Shown one piece after another: positions 22,128 through 35,156 of a stretch of 47,995 nucleotides of DNA (position 1 is its first letter; the number at the start of each line of letters is the position of its first letter). The notes below the pieces were generated by a model that was given only the letters and a program-made list of their open reading frames with translations, did not search any database and was not told the DNA's origin. Source of the stretch: an uncultured Rhodobacterales bacterium (GTDB lineage: Bacteria > Pseudomonadota > Alphaproteobacteria > Rhodobacterales > Rhodobacteraceae); assembly GCA_964566835.1 (NCBI GenBank), contig CAZMKY010000064.1:1-47995 (forward strand). Direction: 5' to 3'. The translations under genes were made by a program, and so were the position numbers.

Positions 22128-24209
22128 TCAGGTCTCGTTCGGGGCATAGAGAACAAAGGCGGCAGCGGACTGCGCCTCGATCGTGAATGTCCCGCCGGTA
22201 ATGTCTTCGGGTGGCCGCGAAGGTACGGCGCTGTCGATTTCCAGTCGCCATTTCTGTCCGTCAGGCGGCAGAGGCAGGACGACTTCAGCCTCGTCTCCGG
22301 CATTGAAGATCAAAAGCACGGCATATTCGGTATCGGCATAGTCCGGCGTGCCGGCGGCTGTGCGCATCTCTGCAACGATCAGCTTGCGCGATGGGTCATT
22401 CCAGTCGCCCTGCGCCATGCGAGTGCCATCGGCCTTCCACCAGAACAGATCTTCGACCCCATCCGCCGCACGTTCGCGGGAATGCAGAAAGCGTTTCTGG
22501 CGCAGGACGGGGTGTGCTTTTCTGAATGCAATAAGGGACTTGGTGAAAGACAACGTGTCTTCATCAACATCTGCCCAATTGATCCAAGCGGTCTCATTGT
22601 CCTGATTATAGGCGTTGTTGTTTCCGCCTTGGGAATGGCCCAATTCGTCCCCGGCCAGCAGCATTGGCGTGCCTTGCGACAGAAGAAGCGTCGCCAGCAT
22701 GGCTCTCAGCCGCGCCGCACGCGCCGCGATGATGTCAGGGTCATCTGTCGCGCCTTCGACCCCCATGTTGTCCGAGTAGTTCTCGGAATGGCCGTCGCGC
22801 CCGTCTTCTCCGTTGGCCAGATTGTGCTTTTCTGCATAGGACACCGTGTCCATCAGCGTGAAGCCGTCATGAGCCGTCAGGAAATTGACAGACGACGTGG
22901 CCGGGCGGCCAGTGTGGTCGAACTGGGCGGCAGACCCGGTCAAGCGTCCGGCCAGATCCGGCACACGACCGGGATCTGCCCGCCAGAAGCGGCGAACGCC
23001 ATCGCGGTACTTGTCGTTCCATTCGGCAAATGGCGCAGGATAAGCGCCAAGCTGGTAGCCGCCGGGGCCAATGTCCCAAGGTTCTGCAATCAGCTTCACA
23101 CCGGTCAGTGTCGGATCTTGCCGGATGGCATCAAAGAACGCCGCGCCGCGGTCGAAACCGGACGGGGTTCGACCAAGGGCCGAACACAGATCAAAGCGGA
23201 AACCGTCGACACCCATGACCTCGACCCAGTAGCGCAGGCTGTCCATGACCATTCGCAGCACCATCGGGTGTTCGATGTTCAGCGTGTTGCCGGTGCCGGT
23301 ATCGTTGATGTAGTAGCGCGGGTCATTTTGCAGCCGATAGTAGCTGGCGTTGTCGAGGCCCCGAAACGCCAGCGTCGGGCCAATGTGGTCGCCCTCACCG
23401 CTGTGGTTGTAGACCACGTCCAGAAGCACTTCGATCCCGGCGGCGTGATAGGCATCCACCATCTGGCGAAACGCGCCGATACCGTGATCGCCCAGATAGC
23501 GCGGGTCTGGCGCAAAGAAGCCGATAGACTGGTAGCCCCAGTAATTGGTCAGTCCCTGATCGACGAGAAACCGGTCGTTGATGAAAGCGTGAACCGGAAG
23601 AAGCTCGATCGCGGTGACGCCAAGCGCGTTCAGATGATCGAGGATCTCTGGCGCGGTCAGCGCCTCCAGCGTGCCCTTGCCCCTCAAGGCCGGATGCCCG
23701 GCGGTCAGGCCCTTGGCGTGCGCTTCATAGATGATGGTCTTGGCCATCGGCGTGTTCGGATGATCTGCGCGGGGCGCAGTAAAGTCTTCCACCACAGAGC
23801 GCGGCATGAAATTCGCACTGTCGCGCGTGTCAAAGCTCAGGTCGGCGGCAGGGTTTCCGACCTCAAACCCGAACAGCGCGTCGTCCCAGACCGGATGTCC
23901 GGTCAAACGGCGGGCATAGGGGTCCATCAGAAGCTTGTTGACGTTGAACCGGTGGCCTTCATCGGGGCGATATGGGCCATGTGCCCGAAAGCCGTATTTC
24001 GCGCCGGGCCGCAAGCCCTCGACATAGCCATGCCAAATCTTGCCGTCGCGTTCGGGCAGGGCCAGACGGGTCTCAACACCGTTGTCATCGAAGAGGCAGA
24101 GCAGCATCTCGGTCGCGTGCTGCGAAAAGACGGCGAAGTTCACGCCGTCTTCGTCCACCGTGGCGCCCATCGGGGACGCACGGCCTTCCGTGATCCGATA
24201 GGTCGTCAT
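22128..24209 (-). CDS. glgX: glycogen debranching enzyme
   Basis: From the internal ATG, MTTYRITEGRASPMGATVDEDGVNFAVFS.. with GH13 motifs DVVYNHS, GFRFDL, AEPWD and AHDGF. The ATG overlaps the glgA stop (ATGA), so the longer ORF to 24308 is rejected. Confidence 0.93.
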   Translation of the reverse strand: MTTYRITEGRASPMGATVDEDGVNFAVFSQHATEMLLCLFDDNGVETRLALPERDGKIWHGYVEGLRPGAKYGFRAHGPYRPDEGHRFNVNKLLMDPYARRLTGHPVWDDALFGFEVGNPAADLSFDTRDSANFMPRSVVEDFTAPRADHPNTPMAKTIIYEAHAKGLTAGHPALRGKGTLEALTAPEILDHLNALGVTAIELLPVHAFINDRFLVDQGLTNYWGYQSIGFFAPDPRYLGDHGIGAFRQMVDAYHAAGIEVLLDVVYNHSGEGDHIGPTLAFRGLDNASYYRLQNDPRYYINDTGTGNTLNIEHPMVLRMVMDSLRYWVEVMGVDGFRFDLCSALGRTPSGFDRGAAFFDAIRQDPTLTGVKLIAEPWDIGPGGYQLGAYPAPFAEWNDKYRDGVRRFWRADPGRVPDLAGRLTGSAAQFDHTGRPATSSVNFLTAHDGFTLMDTVSYAEKHNLANGEDGRDGHSENYSDNMGVEGATDDPDIIAARAARLRAMLATLLLSQGTPMLLAGDELGHSQGGNNNAYNQDNETAWINWADVDEDTLSFTKSLIAFRKAHPVLRQKRFLHSRERAADGVEDLFWWKADGTRMAQGDWNDPSRKLIVAEMRTAAGTPDYADTEYAVLLIFNAGDEAEVVLPLPPDGQKWRLEIDSAVPSRPPEDITGGTFTIEAQSAAAFVLYAPNET

Positions 24210-25630
24210 GCCTTCGTGGCAACCTCTTGATAAAGCGCAGCATATTCGGCCGCAGCCGCATCCCAGCCTACGTCCTGGCGCATGGCATTTTTCTGCATCT
24301 TTGCCCAAGCCTCACCGTCGGCATAAAGCTCCAGCAAAAGACCCAAGGCATCGCCAAGCGCCGCCGCCGTGATCGGACTGAACTGAATGCCCGTCGCCAC
24401 GCCAGCGCGTCGCGCCATCGGGGACGCGTTGATAACCGTATCGACCAGACCGCCCGTCATCGCCACAACCGGCAAAGTGCCATAGCGCAGGCCCATCAGC
24501 TGTGTGAGACCGCAGGGCTCGAACCGCGACGGAACCAAAACAGCATCGCCGCCGGCCATCATCCGGTGCGACAGCGCTTCATCATAGCCGATCTTGACCG
24601 AGACATTGGGGTGGCTGGCCACGTCGTGAAACGCGGCTTCCAACCCCGGATCGCCGGACCCCAGAAGGGCAAGCTGCCCGCCACCATCCAGATACGCCGG
24701 TAGCGCGTCCAGAAGCAGGTCCAATCCCTTTTGATGGCTCAGACGGGAAATGACGACAGCCAAAGGTCCATCCGACTTCTCCAGCCCGAATTCCTTCCGC
24801 AAGGCTTTCTTGGCCTTAGCCTTGCCCTTGGGACCCTTGTAAGCGGCGATCTCGGGATCGGTGCCGGGGTTCCAGACGCCGGTGTCGATACCGTTCAGAA
24901 TACCGCTCAGCACGTTGGCCCGCGACCGGAGCAAGCCGTCCATGCCCATGCCAAAATCCGGTGTCGTCAATTCGCGGGCATAGGTCGGGCTTACGGTCGT
25001 GATGCGGTCGGCATAGACGATGCCGGCTTTCAGCGTGCTGATCTGCCCCCAGTATTCAAATCCGTCAGAGTTGAATTCGGAAGGATTCAGACCCAGATGC
25101 CCCATCCGGTCCGCCGGTGTGACGCCTTGGAAGGCAATATTGTGGATCGTCAGGATGGACGGCACATTCACGCCCCAAGACTTCAGGAAGTAGGGCGCAA
25201 GCCCCGCCTGCCAGTCGTGGCAATGCACCAGTTCCGGCGTCCAATCCGCAATGGCGCCGCGCGCGATTTCGGCGGCAACACGACCCAGTGCGGCGAACCG
25301 AATGTCGTTGTCAGCGAAGTCATGCCCCTTGGCATCCAGATAAAGAGATCCGTCGCGCGCATAGAGATGCGGTGCGTCGAGGACATAGATCTCAAGCCCG
25401 TTGAGCGTGCCGAACCGCACGGTTGCAGCCCCGCCGTAGAGATCCGAGATGGCCAGAACCGGCTCTGCTTCCGGCAAGGCCTTCATCACAGCCGGATATC
25501 CCGGCAGCAGTGTGCGCAGGCCCCAACCTTCCGGCGCCAAGGCCCCGGGAAGTGCGCCTGCAACGTCGGCAAGGCCGCCGGTTTTCACCAGCGGCACACA
25601 TTCCGACGTGACGGATAGAACAGGCCTCAA
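24206..25630 (-). CDS. glgA: glycogen synthase (ADP-glucose type)
   Basis: 474 aa with the N-terminal ECVPLVKTGGLADV motif and a C-terminal GT-B region (PSRFEPCGLTQL). Confidence 0.95.
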   Translation of the reverse strand: MRPVLSVTSECVPLVKTGGLADVAGALPGALAPEGWGLRTLLPGYPAVMKALPEAEPVLAISDLYGGAATVRFGTLNGLEIYVLDAPHLYARDGSLYLDAKGHDFADNDIRFAALGRVAAEIARGAIADWTPELVHCHDWQAGLAPYFLKSWGVNVPSILTIHNIAFQGVTPADRMGHLGLNPSEFNSDGFEYWGQISTLKAGIVYADRITTVSPTYARELTTPDFGMGMDGLLRSRANVLSGILNGIDTGVWNPGTDPEIAAYKGPKGKAKAKKALRKEFGLEKSDGPLAVVISRLSHQKGLDLLLDALPAYLDGGGQLALLGSGDPGLEAAFHDVASHPNVSVKIGYDEALSHRMMAGGDAVLVPSRFEPCGLTQLMGLRYGTLPVVAMTGGLVDTVINASPMARRAGVATGIQFSPITAAALGDALGLLLELYADGEAWAKMQKNAMRQDVGWDAAAAEYAALYQEVATKA

Positions 25631-25632
25631 TC

Positions 25633-26892
25633 TTAGCCCTCCGCGCGTGCGTCCAGCATTTTCTGGGTGATCAGTGTCACGCCTGTGTCACTGACCCGGA
25701 ACCACTTGCCGTCTTCCTCGGGATCTTCTCCTACGACAAGGCCTTCGGGGATGTGAACGCCGCGATCAATCACGCAATTCGTCAGGCGCGCGCTTCTGGC
25801 GATGTTCACGTAAGGCAGCACGACGCAGTGATCCAGAGAGGCATAGCTGTTGGAATGCACCTGCGTGAACAGAAGCGAGTTCCGGATTTCCGTGCCCGAG
25901 ATGATGCACCCACCGGAGACAAGCGAAGATACAGCCGTCCCGCGCCGCTCGGCCTCGTCGTGGATGAATTTGGCGGGCGGTGCGGTTTCCGAATAGGTCC
26001 AGATCGGCCAGTTCCGGTCCCAAAGGTCCAGCTCGGGATTGAAGTCGGTCAGGTCGATATTGGCCTTCCAGAAAGCATCGACCGTGCCGACATCACGCCA
26101 ATAGGCGGGTGCGTCCGGCGTGTGTCGCACGCAGCTGTCGGTAAATCGGTGCGCAACCGCTTTGCCGGTCTCGACGATATAGGGGATCAGGTCACCACCA
26201 AAGTCATGGTCGCTGTCGGGGTTCTGACCATCGCGGATCAGAAGCTCGCGCAGATAGCTCCACTTGAAGACATAGATGCCCATCGACGCCAGTGCATGAT
26301 CCGGGTCGCCGGGGATGGACGGCGGATCGGCTGGCTTTTCAAGGAAGGAGGTAATCTGGTCATTCTGATCGACATGCATGACGCCGAACGCCGTGGCGTC
26401 CATGCGCGGCACCGTCAGGCAGCCGACGGTCACGTCAGCCGCGCTTTCGACGTGCTGACGCAGCATCAGTTCATAGTCCATCTTGTAGATGTGGTCGCCG
26501 GCAAGGATCAGGATGTAATCGATGTCATAGCTGTCGATGATGTCGATGTTCTGACGCACTGCATCGGCAGTGCCTTCATACCATGTCTTGTCGTCCATCC
26601 GCTGCGAGGCGGGCAGGATATCCAGAAATTCGTTCCGTTCGGCCCGGAAGAAGTTCCAGCCGCGCTGGCAATGGCGGATCAGGCTGTGCGCCTTGTATTG
26701 CGTCGCCACGGCCATTTTCCGGATGCCAGAGTTCAAGGCATTGGACAGGGCAAAGTCGATGATCCGGGTTTTGCCGCCGAAATAGACGGCGGGTTTCACG
26801 CGGCTGTCCGTCAGTTCCTTCAACCGCGACCCACGGCCACCGGCCAGTACGAAGGCCATCGAACGGTTCGTAAGTCTGTTCACCTGTTGCAT
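25633..26892 (-). CDS. glgC: glucose-1-phosphate adenylyltransferase
   Basis: 419 aa with [27 protein letters not shown] and a left-handed beta-helix C-terminus. Confidence 0.95.
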   Translation of the reverse strand: MQQVNRLTNRSMAFVLAGGRGSRLKELTDSRVKPAVYFGGKTRIIDFALSNALNSGIRKMAVATQYKAHSLIRHCQRGWNFFRAERNEFLDILPASQRMDDKTWYEGTADAVRQNIDIIDSYDIDYILILAGDHIYKMDYELMLRQHVESAADVTVGCLTVPRMDATAFGVMHVDQNDQITSFLEKPADPPSIPGDPDHALASMGIYVFKWSYLRELLIRDGQNPDSDHDFGGDLIPYIVETGKAVAHRFTDSCVRHTPDAPAYWRDVGTVDAFWKANIDLTDFNPELDLWDRNWPIWTYSETAPPAKFIHDEAERRGTAVSSLVSGGCIISGTEIRNSLLFTQVHSNSYASLDHCVVLPYVNIARSARLTNCVIDRGVHIPEGLVVGEDPEEDGKWFRVSDTGVTLITQKMLDARAEG

Positions 26893-26912
26893 CTCTCTCC
26901 CCCTTTTGGCGC

Positions 26913-29120
<2,208 letters not shown>

Positions 29121-29163
29121 GATCTTCCCCGTCGTTTCTTTTCGTCCCTTGCCGACCCAACGC

Positions 29164-31557
29164 TTATTCGGCGGCAAGGTTCCGTATCGGTCCCGGCGGA
29201 TCCACCTTCCAGATATCGCGGGCATAACCCTTGATCGTTCTGTCAGACGAGAACCAGCCCGAGCGTGCCGTGTTCAATGCCGCCATCTTTGCCCATTTCT
29301 CGCCGTCACGGAAGACCGCGTCTACGTCACGTGACGCACGCCAGTAGTCGCTGAAGTCAGACGCGACGAGGAAATAGTCAGGCCCCGCAATGTTGTCCGC
29401 GATAGACCGGAACCGGTCGTGGTCGCCGTCTGCAAAGGTGCCGTTCCAAAGCGTGTCCAACGCGCGGGCGAGCTTGGGGTCGGCGCCAATGGCCTGCCCT
29501 GCATGGCCGTCGATCATGCGGCGCTCCATCACTTCCTGCGCGGTCAGGCCGAAAAGGAAGAAGTTGTCTGCGCCCACATGTTCGCGAATCTCGACATTCG
29601 CCCCATCAAGCGTGCCGATGGTGACCGCCCCGTTCAGCGCGAACTTCATGTTGCCCGTGCCGGACGCTTCCTTGCCCGCGGTCGAGATCTGCTGAGACAA
29701 ATCAGCCGCAGGGATCAGACGCTCGGCCAGCGTGACGTTGTAGTTGGCCGGATAGACGACCTTCAGGCGACCGCGCGTTGCCGGATCGTTGTTGACGACG
29801 CGTGCGACCGAATTGATCAGGTGAATGATCTCTTTGGCAAAAACATAGCCCGGCGCGGCCTTGCCACCAAAGATCTTGACGCGCGGCGTCCAGTCCTTGT
29901 CCGGGTTGTCCCGCATTTCCTGCCAAAGCGCGATGGTTTCCAGCACGTTCAGATGCTGGCGCTTGTATTCGTGGATCCGCTTGATCTGGATGTCGAACAT
30001 GGCATCAGGGTCGAGGTCGATGTCCATCGTCGACTTGACCCAATTCGACAGCGCCACCTTGTTGTCGCGCTTGGCGGACATGAAGCGGTCACGCCATGCG
30101 GCATCTTCGATGGCCGGCTCCAATCCGGTCAGCTTTTCGGCATCCGCCGTCCAGCCCTCGCCGATCGTCTCATCAATCAGACTGGACAGGCCCGGGTTGC
30201 AGGTGCGGAGCCAGCGCCGCGGTGTGACACCGTTGGTCTGGTTCACGATCCGCTCCGGGTGGAGACCATGGAGATCGGAGAACACGGTTTCCTTCATCAG
30301 CTCCGTGTGCAGCGCCGAGACGCCGTTCACGCGGCTGGCCATGAGGAAGCTCAACTCACCCATTTTGACCTGACCATGCTCGCGGACAGAAATCGTGCGC
30401 GACGGATACTGCTTGGCATGGGCATGATCGATACGGTCGATCAGTTGCAGATGGCGCGGCAGCAAATAGCCCATCAGGCCATCGGACCACCGCTCCAGCG
30501 CTTCTGGCAGAAGCGTGTGGTTCGTGTAATTCAGACACCCGCGCGCCACCTCAACGGCATCGTCGAAAGGCAATCCGCGCTCATCGAAAAGAAGGCGGAC
30601 AAGCTCTGGCCCCGCGATGGCCGGGTGCGTGTCATTCAACTGGATGGCGACCTTCTTGGGTAGGTCGCGCAGATCGGTGTGTTCGCTTTCAAAGCGGCGC
30701 AGAAGATCGCGAAGCGATGCCGCGGTAAAGAAGTATTCCTGCTTCAGACGAAGGTGTTTGCCGCCTTCGGTCGTATCGTCGGGGTAAAGCACCCGGCTGA
30801 TCGTGCGGGCCAGCGCCTCGGGCTCGGCCGCGGCGGCATAGTCGCCGGCGTTGAACCGGTCGAGGTCCAAGAGCTTCGTGGGCTTCGCCCCCCAAAGACG
30901 CAAGGTGTTGGCCCAGTTGTCCTGCCACCCGATGACGGGCGTATCGTAGGCTTCGGCAATGACCCCTTCGGACGGACGCCAGATGGCGCGATCGTCGCCG
31001 CGCGCATGGACGTGACCGGCAAAACCGATCTCGAACGCGGCTTCCGGGCGGGCAAATTCCCATGCATGTTCCTGCGTCAGCCAGTCTTCGGGCTCTTCGA
31101 TCTGACGCTGACCTTCAAACCGCTGCCGGAACAGGCCGTGTTCGTACCGTATGCCATATCCCATCGCGGGCAAGCCCAGCGTCGAGAGGCTTTCAAGGAA
31201 GCACGCGGCCAATCTGCCCAGACCACCATTGCCCAAAGCGGCATCGGGTTCGTCATGAAGCACAGCATTGAAATCCAGCCCGAGGCTGTCAAAGACCGCC
31301 TTGGCGTCGTCGTGGATGCCGGTGTTGACCAGAGCGTCCTCGAGCAGACGACCGATCAAAAATTCCATCGAGAGGTAATAGACCCGCTTGGCGTCGGCAC
31401 GATACGTGGCCTGAGTGGACGCGAACCAAGTGTCGACGATCCGGTCCCGCGTCGCAAAGCTCAGTGCCATGCGCCAATCATAGACCGTCGCATGTTCCGG
31501 ATCCTTGCCGATCCGGTAGCGCAGATGACCGATGATCTGATCTTTGAGCTGATCCAT
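29164..31557 (-). CDS. glgP: glycogen/maltodextrin phosphorylase
   Basis: 797 aa with LGNGGLGRLAACFLES and the PLP site EASGTGNMKFALNGA. Confidence 0.95.
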   Translation of the reverse strand: MDQLKDQIIGHLRYRIGKDPEHATVYDWRMALSFATRDRIVDTWFASTQATYRADAKRVYYLSMEFLIGRLLEDALVNTGIHDDAKAVFDSLGLDFNAVLHDEPDAALGNGGLGRLAACFLESLSTLGLPAMGYGIRYEHGLFRQRFEGQRQIEEPEDWLTQEHAWEFARPEAAFEIGFAGHVHARGDDRAIWRPSEGVIAEAYDTPVIGWQDNWANTLRLWGAKPTKLLDLDRFNAGDYAAAAEPEALARTISRVLYPDDTTEGGKHLRLKQEYFFTAASLRDLLRRFESEHTDLRDLPKKVAIQLNDTHPAIAGPELVRLLFDERGLPFDDAVEVARGCLNYTNHTLLPEALERWSDGLMGYLLPRHLQLIDRIDHAHAKQYPSRTISVREHGQVKMGELSFLMASRVNGVSALHTELMKETVFSDLHGLHPERIVNQTNGVTPRRWLRTCNPGLSSLIDETIGEGWTADAEKLTGLEPAIEDAAWRDRFMSAKRDNKVALSNWVKSTMDIDLDPDAMFDIQIKRIHEYKRQHLNVLETIALWQEMRDNPDKDWTPRVKIFGGKAAPGYVFAKEIIHLINSVARVVNNDPATRGRLKVVYPANYNVTLAERLIPAADLSQQISTAGKEASGTGNMKFALNGAVTIGTLDGANVEIREHVGADNFFLFGLTAQEVMERRMIDGHAGQAIGADPKLARALDTLWNGTFADGDHDRFRSIADNIAGPDYFLVASDFSDYWRASRDVDAVFRDGEKWAKMAALNTARSGWFSSDRTIKGYARDIWKVDPPGPIRNLAAE

Positions 31558-31815
31558 GTCGCCTCAACTTCCCCGCCCCTTGGCGGTTCTCTCGTAAAAC
31601 ATTCTGCCGGGTTATCTAGAAGGGTTTCTGCGCATGCAAGGGGAAGGCCAAAAACTGAAACAGTTCTTTCAGACGGTTCTGACACGCCCGTTCACACAAA
31701 GCGTGTTAGCGATAACGAAATAAGGTATTTAGCACGGGATAGCCGTGTCCTGCGACACACTGCCCTTGTTGCAGAAGTAACGCGTTCAAGAGAGCCACGG
31801 CCAGGCAGATCGAGC

Positions 31816-31848
31816 GGGAAATCGCACCATTCTTAAATGCGATTCCCC
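31816..31848 (-). terminator. hairpin downstream of glpK (possible terminator, no U-tract)
   Basis: The minus-strand RNA GGGGAAUCGC-N13-GCGAUUUCCC forms a 10-bp stem with one G-U pair. It starts 14 nt after the glpK stop. Confidence 0.45.
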
Positions 31849-31861
31849 TAACTTCGATTGA

Positions 31862-33349
31862 TCAAACGCTCATCGTGGCATCGATGGCTTTCTTCCAAAG
31901 GCCGTATTTCCGTGCGCGTGTTTCTTCGTCCATCGCAGGTTCAAATCGCGCATCCAGTTTCCAGCGCTTCGGGAACTCGTCAATGCCCGGATAGACACCG
32001 GCCTTCATGCCCGCCAGCCACGCAGCCCCAAGCGCCGTGGTCTCCGGCACCTCTGGACGATCGACGGGGCGGCCCAGAATGTCGGCGAGGAACTGCATCG
32101 TCCAATCGCTGACGACCATTCCGCCGTCCACGCGAAGGACCTGATCGCCTTCGGCTTCGGGCCAGTCGGCACGCATGGCCTCCAGCAGGTCGCGTGTCTG
32201 GTATCCGACGCTTTCAAGAGCGGCGCGGGCGAATTCCTCGGGTCCGGAGTTGCGCGTCAGGCCGTAGATCGCGCCACGGGCATGCGGCTGCCAATAAGGT
32301 GCGCCGAGGCCGGTAAAGGCGGGCACCAGCACCACGTCTTGTGCGGCGTCGGCCGCTTCGGCAAGAGGCTGGGTTTCCTTGGCTTCGCGAATGATCTTCA
32401 AGCCGTCGCGGAGCCACTGGACAACCGCGCCCGCAATGAAGATCGCACCTTCCAGCGCATAGGTCCGCTTGCCGTCGATCTGATAGGCGACGGTGGAGAG
32501 CAGCCGGTTTTCAGACCAGACCGGCGTGTCGCCCGTATTCAGAAGCGCGAAACATCCTGTGCCATAGGTCGACTTCATCATGCCCGGCTCAAAGCAGGCC
32601 TGTCCCACCGTGGCTGCCTGCTGATCGCCCGCGACGCCGAGGATCGGGATCTCGCGCCCGAAAAGATCCGCCCGCGTGACGCCGTAGTCGCCGTTGGAAT
32701 CGCGAATTTCCGGCAGCATCTCCATCGGGATGTCGAAAAGCTTGCAGATCGTCGTCGACCACGTGCCCTTTTCAAGATCGCAAAGCATCGTGCGGCAGGC
32801 ATTTGTCGCATCGGTCGCGTGGACGGCACCGCCGGTCAACTTCCAGATCAAGTAACTGTCGACCGTACCGAACAAGAGCTCGCCCTTGCGGGCACGCTCG
32901 CGCGAACCTTCGTGCTGGTCGAGGATCCATTTCAGCTTGGTCGCGCTGAAATAGGGATCGAGAAGCAGACCGGTCTTTTGGATGATCGTCTCTTCGTGGC
33001 CTGCCTCTTTCATCTCGGCGCAAAAATCTGCCGTGCGGCGGTCCTGCCAGACGATGGCGCGGCCCAAGGGCTTGCCCGTGTCTTTTTCCCAAACGAGCGT
33101 CGTTTCGCGCTGGTTGGTGATGCCGATGGCCGCGATATCGTCGGCAGAGCATCCCACCTTTTCGATCACACCGCGCGCCGTCGCGGCCACGGTTGTCCAA
33201 AGGTCGGATTGTTCGTGCTCGACCCAGCCGGAGGCAGGGTAATGCTGTTCGAATTCTTCCTGCGCCGTACCGCAGATCTTCATGTCTTCGTCGAACAGAA
33301 TGGCGCGGCTCGACGTCGTGCCCTGATCAATGGCCATGATGTAGGTCAT
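31862..33349 (-). CDS. glpK: glycerol kinase
   Basis: 495 aa starting [20 protein letters not shown], with GITNQRETT and [15 protein letters not shown] motifs. Confidence 0.97.
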   Translation of the reverse strand: MTYIMAIDQGTTSSRAILFDEDMKICGTAQEEFEQHYPASGWVEHEQSDLWTTVAATARGVIEKVGCSADDIAAIGITNQRETTLVWEKDTGKPLGRAIVWQDRRTADFCAEMKEAGHEETIIQKTGLLLDPYFSATKLKWILDQHEGSRERARKGELLFGTVDSYLIWKLTGGAVHATDATNACRTMLCDLEKGTWSTTICKLFDIPMEMLPEIRDSNGDYGVTRADLFGREIPILGVAGDQQAATVGQACFEPGMMKSTYGTGCFALLNTGDTPVWSENRLLSTVAYQIDGKRTYALEGAIFIAGAVVQWLRDGLKIIREAKETQPLAEAADAAQDVVLVPAFTGLGAPYWQPHARGAIYGLTRNSGPEEFARAALESVGYQTRDLLEAMRADWPEAEGDQVLRVDGGMVVSDWTMQFLADILGRPVDRPEVPETTALGAAWLAGMKAGVYPGIDEFPKRWKLDARFEPAMDEETRARKYGLWKKAIDATMSV

Positions 33350-33397
33350 CTGGTCCTCCCCTTGGTCTTTTGTCGTTTTCTACCTTGCACAGGCCCA

Positions 33398-33421
33398 TTC
33401 GGGGAGGCCAGCCTCCCCGAA
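33398..33421. other. perfect 11-bp inverted repeat between glpD and glpK
   Basis: TTCGGGGAGGC-ca-GCCTCCCCGAA. It is immediately followed by repeat copy C. Confidence 0.5.
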
Positions 33422-33423
33422 CC

Positions 33424-33452
33424 CCTCCGGGATATTTAGGGACCGATGAAAG
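33424..33452 (+). repeat. dispersed intergenic repeat, copy C (diverged)
   Basis: CCTCCGGGATATTTAGGGACCGATGAAAGG shares the CCTCCGG..(A/T)TATTT..GA(A)AG frame with copies A and B. Confidence 0.4.
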
Positions 33453-33461
33453 GCAGTTGGT

Positions 33462-35039
33462 TCATTCCGCGGCTGCACGGACCGGCTGCTGGCGCATCCA
33501 GTCGTCCAATTGGGCGATTTGGGTTGCATCCAGCCTCAGCCCCAGCTTGGAGCGGCGCCAGACCACGTCTTCTGCGCGGCGTGCATATTCCTTGTCCATC
33601 AACCAGCGCACTTCCGCAGCGGTCAGGTTGGCTCCGAAATCCTCGCCCAAGTCTTCAGCCGTGTTGGCGTCGCCCAAGATCTCGCGCGCTTCGGTGCCAT
33701 AGGCCCGCACAAGGCGCAGCGCCCAGCGATCGGTCAGGAAGGTAAAGTCAGCCTTCAGCCCATCCACAAGCGCCGTCACGCCGTCGACCGGGAAGTCGCC
33801 GCCCGGCAGAGGAACTTCAGCTGTCCAGTCGGCCTTTGCCGTCGGGAAGAACTTTGCCAGCTTGGCAAACGTCTGTTCGGCAAGTTTGCGGTAGGTGGTG
33901 ATCTTGCCGCCGAAGACCGAAAGGACAGGCGGGCCATTTTCATCCAGCGACAGGACATAGTCGCGTGTGGCAGCGGTGGCCGATTTGGCACCATCATCAT
34001 AAAGCGGGCGGACACCGGAATAGGTCCAGACGATGTCGTCCGTCGTCAGTGTTTCCTTGAAATACTGATTGGCGAAGTTGATCAGATAATCCTGCTCTTC
34101 CGGGGTGCAGGTCGCGTCCGAGGGGTTGCCCTCATATTCGCGGTCGGTGGTGCCGATCAGGGTGAAGTCCGTCTCGTAAGGGATGGCGAAGATGATGCGG
34201 CCATCGCTGCCCTGGAAGAAGTAGCATTTGTCGTGGTCGTAGAGCCGCCGGGTGACGATGTGGCTGCCCTGGACCAGCCGGATGCCCTCGGACGTGTTGA
34301 GCCGCGTCTTGGTCCGAACGATGTCTTCGACCCAAGGGCCGCCGGCATTGACGATGACCTTGGCGGTATGGGTCTGGGCGGCACCGGTGTCGATATCTTC
34401 GGTCGTGATGGTCCAGTGATCGCCGGTCCGCTCTGCCGAAGTGACTTTCGTTCTGACCATGATCTTGGCGCCACGGATTTCGGCATCGCGCGCGTTGAGC
34501 GCGACAAGGCGGCTGTCTTCGACCCAGCAATCGGAATACTCGAACGCCTTTTCGAACTTGTCGACCAGAGGCTTGCCCGCCGGATGGCTCTTGAGGTTCA
34601 GCGTCTCAGTGGCTGGCAAGATCTCCCGCCCGCCGAGATGGTCATAGGCAAAAAGGCCCATACGGATCATCCAGCCCGGTCGGCGGCCTTTCATCCACGG
34701 CATCACGCGCGTCAGCAGACGCGACGCCGGGGTCGTGCTGTCGAAGCGCATGGAGGGGTGGTAGGGCAGCACGAAGCGCATCGGCCAAGAGATATGCGGC
34801 ATGGCCTTCAACAGCGTTTCGCGTTCAATCAGGGCCTTCTTGACCAGATCGACTTCGAAAAACTCCAGATAGCGCAGGCCGCCGTGGAACAGCTTCGTCG
34901 ACGCCGATGAGGTTGCCGAGGCCAGATCGTTCATCTCGGCCAGCGTCACCTGCAGGCCACGCCCCTGCGCATCGCGCGCAATGCCCGTGCCATTGATGCC
35001 GCCGCCAATAACGAAAATGTCCGTGATCTGGTCGCTCAT
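33462..35039 (-). CDS. glpD: glycerol-3-phosphate dehydrogenase (FAD-dependent)
   Basis: 525 aa with N-terminal DIFVIGGGINGTGIARDA (FAD fold) and a conserved GlpD C-terminal domain. Confidence 0.93.
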   Translation of the reverse strand: MSDQITDIFVIGGGINGTGIARDAQGRGLQVTLAEMNDLASATSSASTKLFHGGLRYLEFFEVDLVKKALIERETLLKAMPHISWPMRFVLPYHPSMRFDSTTPASRLLTRVMPWMKGRRPGWMIRMGLFAYDHLGGREILPATETLNLKSHPAGKPLVDKFEKAFEYSDCWVEDSRLVALNARDAEIRGAKIMVRTKVTSAERTGDHWTITTEDIDTGAAQTHTAKVIVNAGGPWVEDIVRTKTRLNTSEGIRLVQGSHIVTRRLYDHDKCYFFQGSDGRIIFAIPYETDFTLIGTTDREYEGNPSDATCTPEEQDYLINFANQYFKETLTTDDIVWTYSGVRPLYDDGAKSATAATRDYVLSLDENGPPVLSVFGGKITTYRKLAEQTFAKLAKFFPTAKADWTAEVPLPGGDFPVDGVTALVDGLKADFTFLTDRWALRLVRAYGTEAREILGDANTAEDLGEDFGANLTAAEVRWLMDKEYARRAEDVVWRRSKLGLRLDATQIAQLDDWMRQQPVRAAAE

Positions 35040-35156
35040 GACCGGTTCCCCTTGTTGTTAGCGCTCAACATTCGTGTCCCGTGACACGGGGTCAATGCAC
35101 AAAATCGGCGCATGTTCCAAGCCCCCGCAACTGAGGCGCAGAGTTCCGGCCCCGGA

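Noticed and set aside
22128-24308. Extended N-termini in the ORF track (glgX to 24308, glgB to 29225, DUF4198 to 16598, SseB-like to 40153, sitA to 39134, ycjX to 14548, DUF484 from 2976)
   Set aside because: The extensions would overlap upstream genes or a terminator, and they lack homology-like sequence. Internal starts give ATGA coupling, good SD sequences or proper signal peptides.
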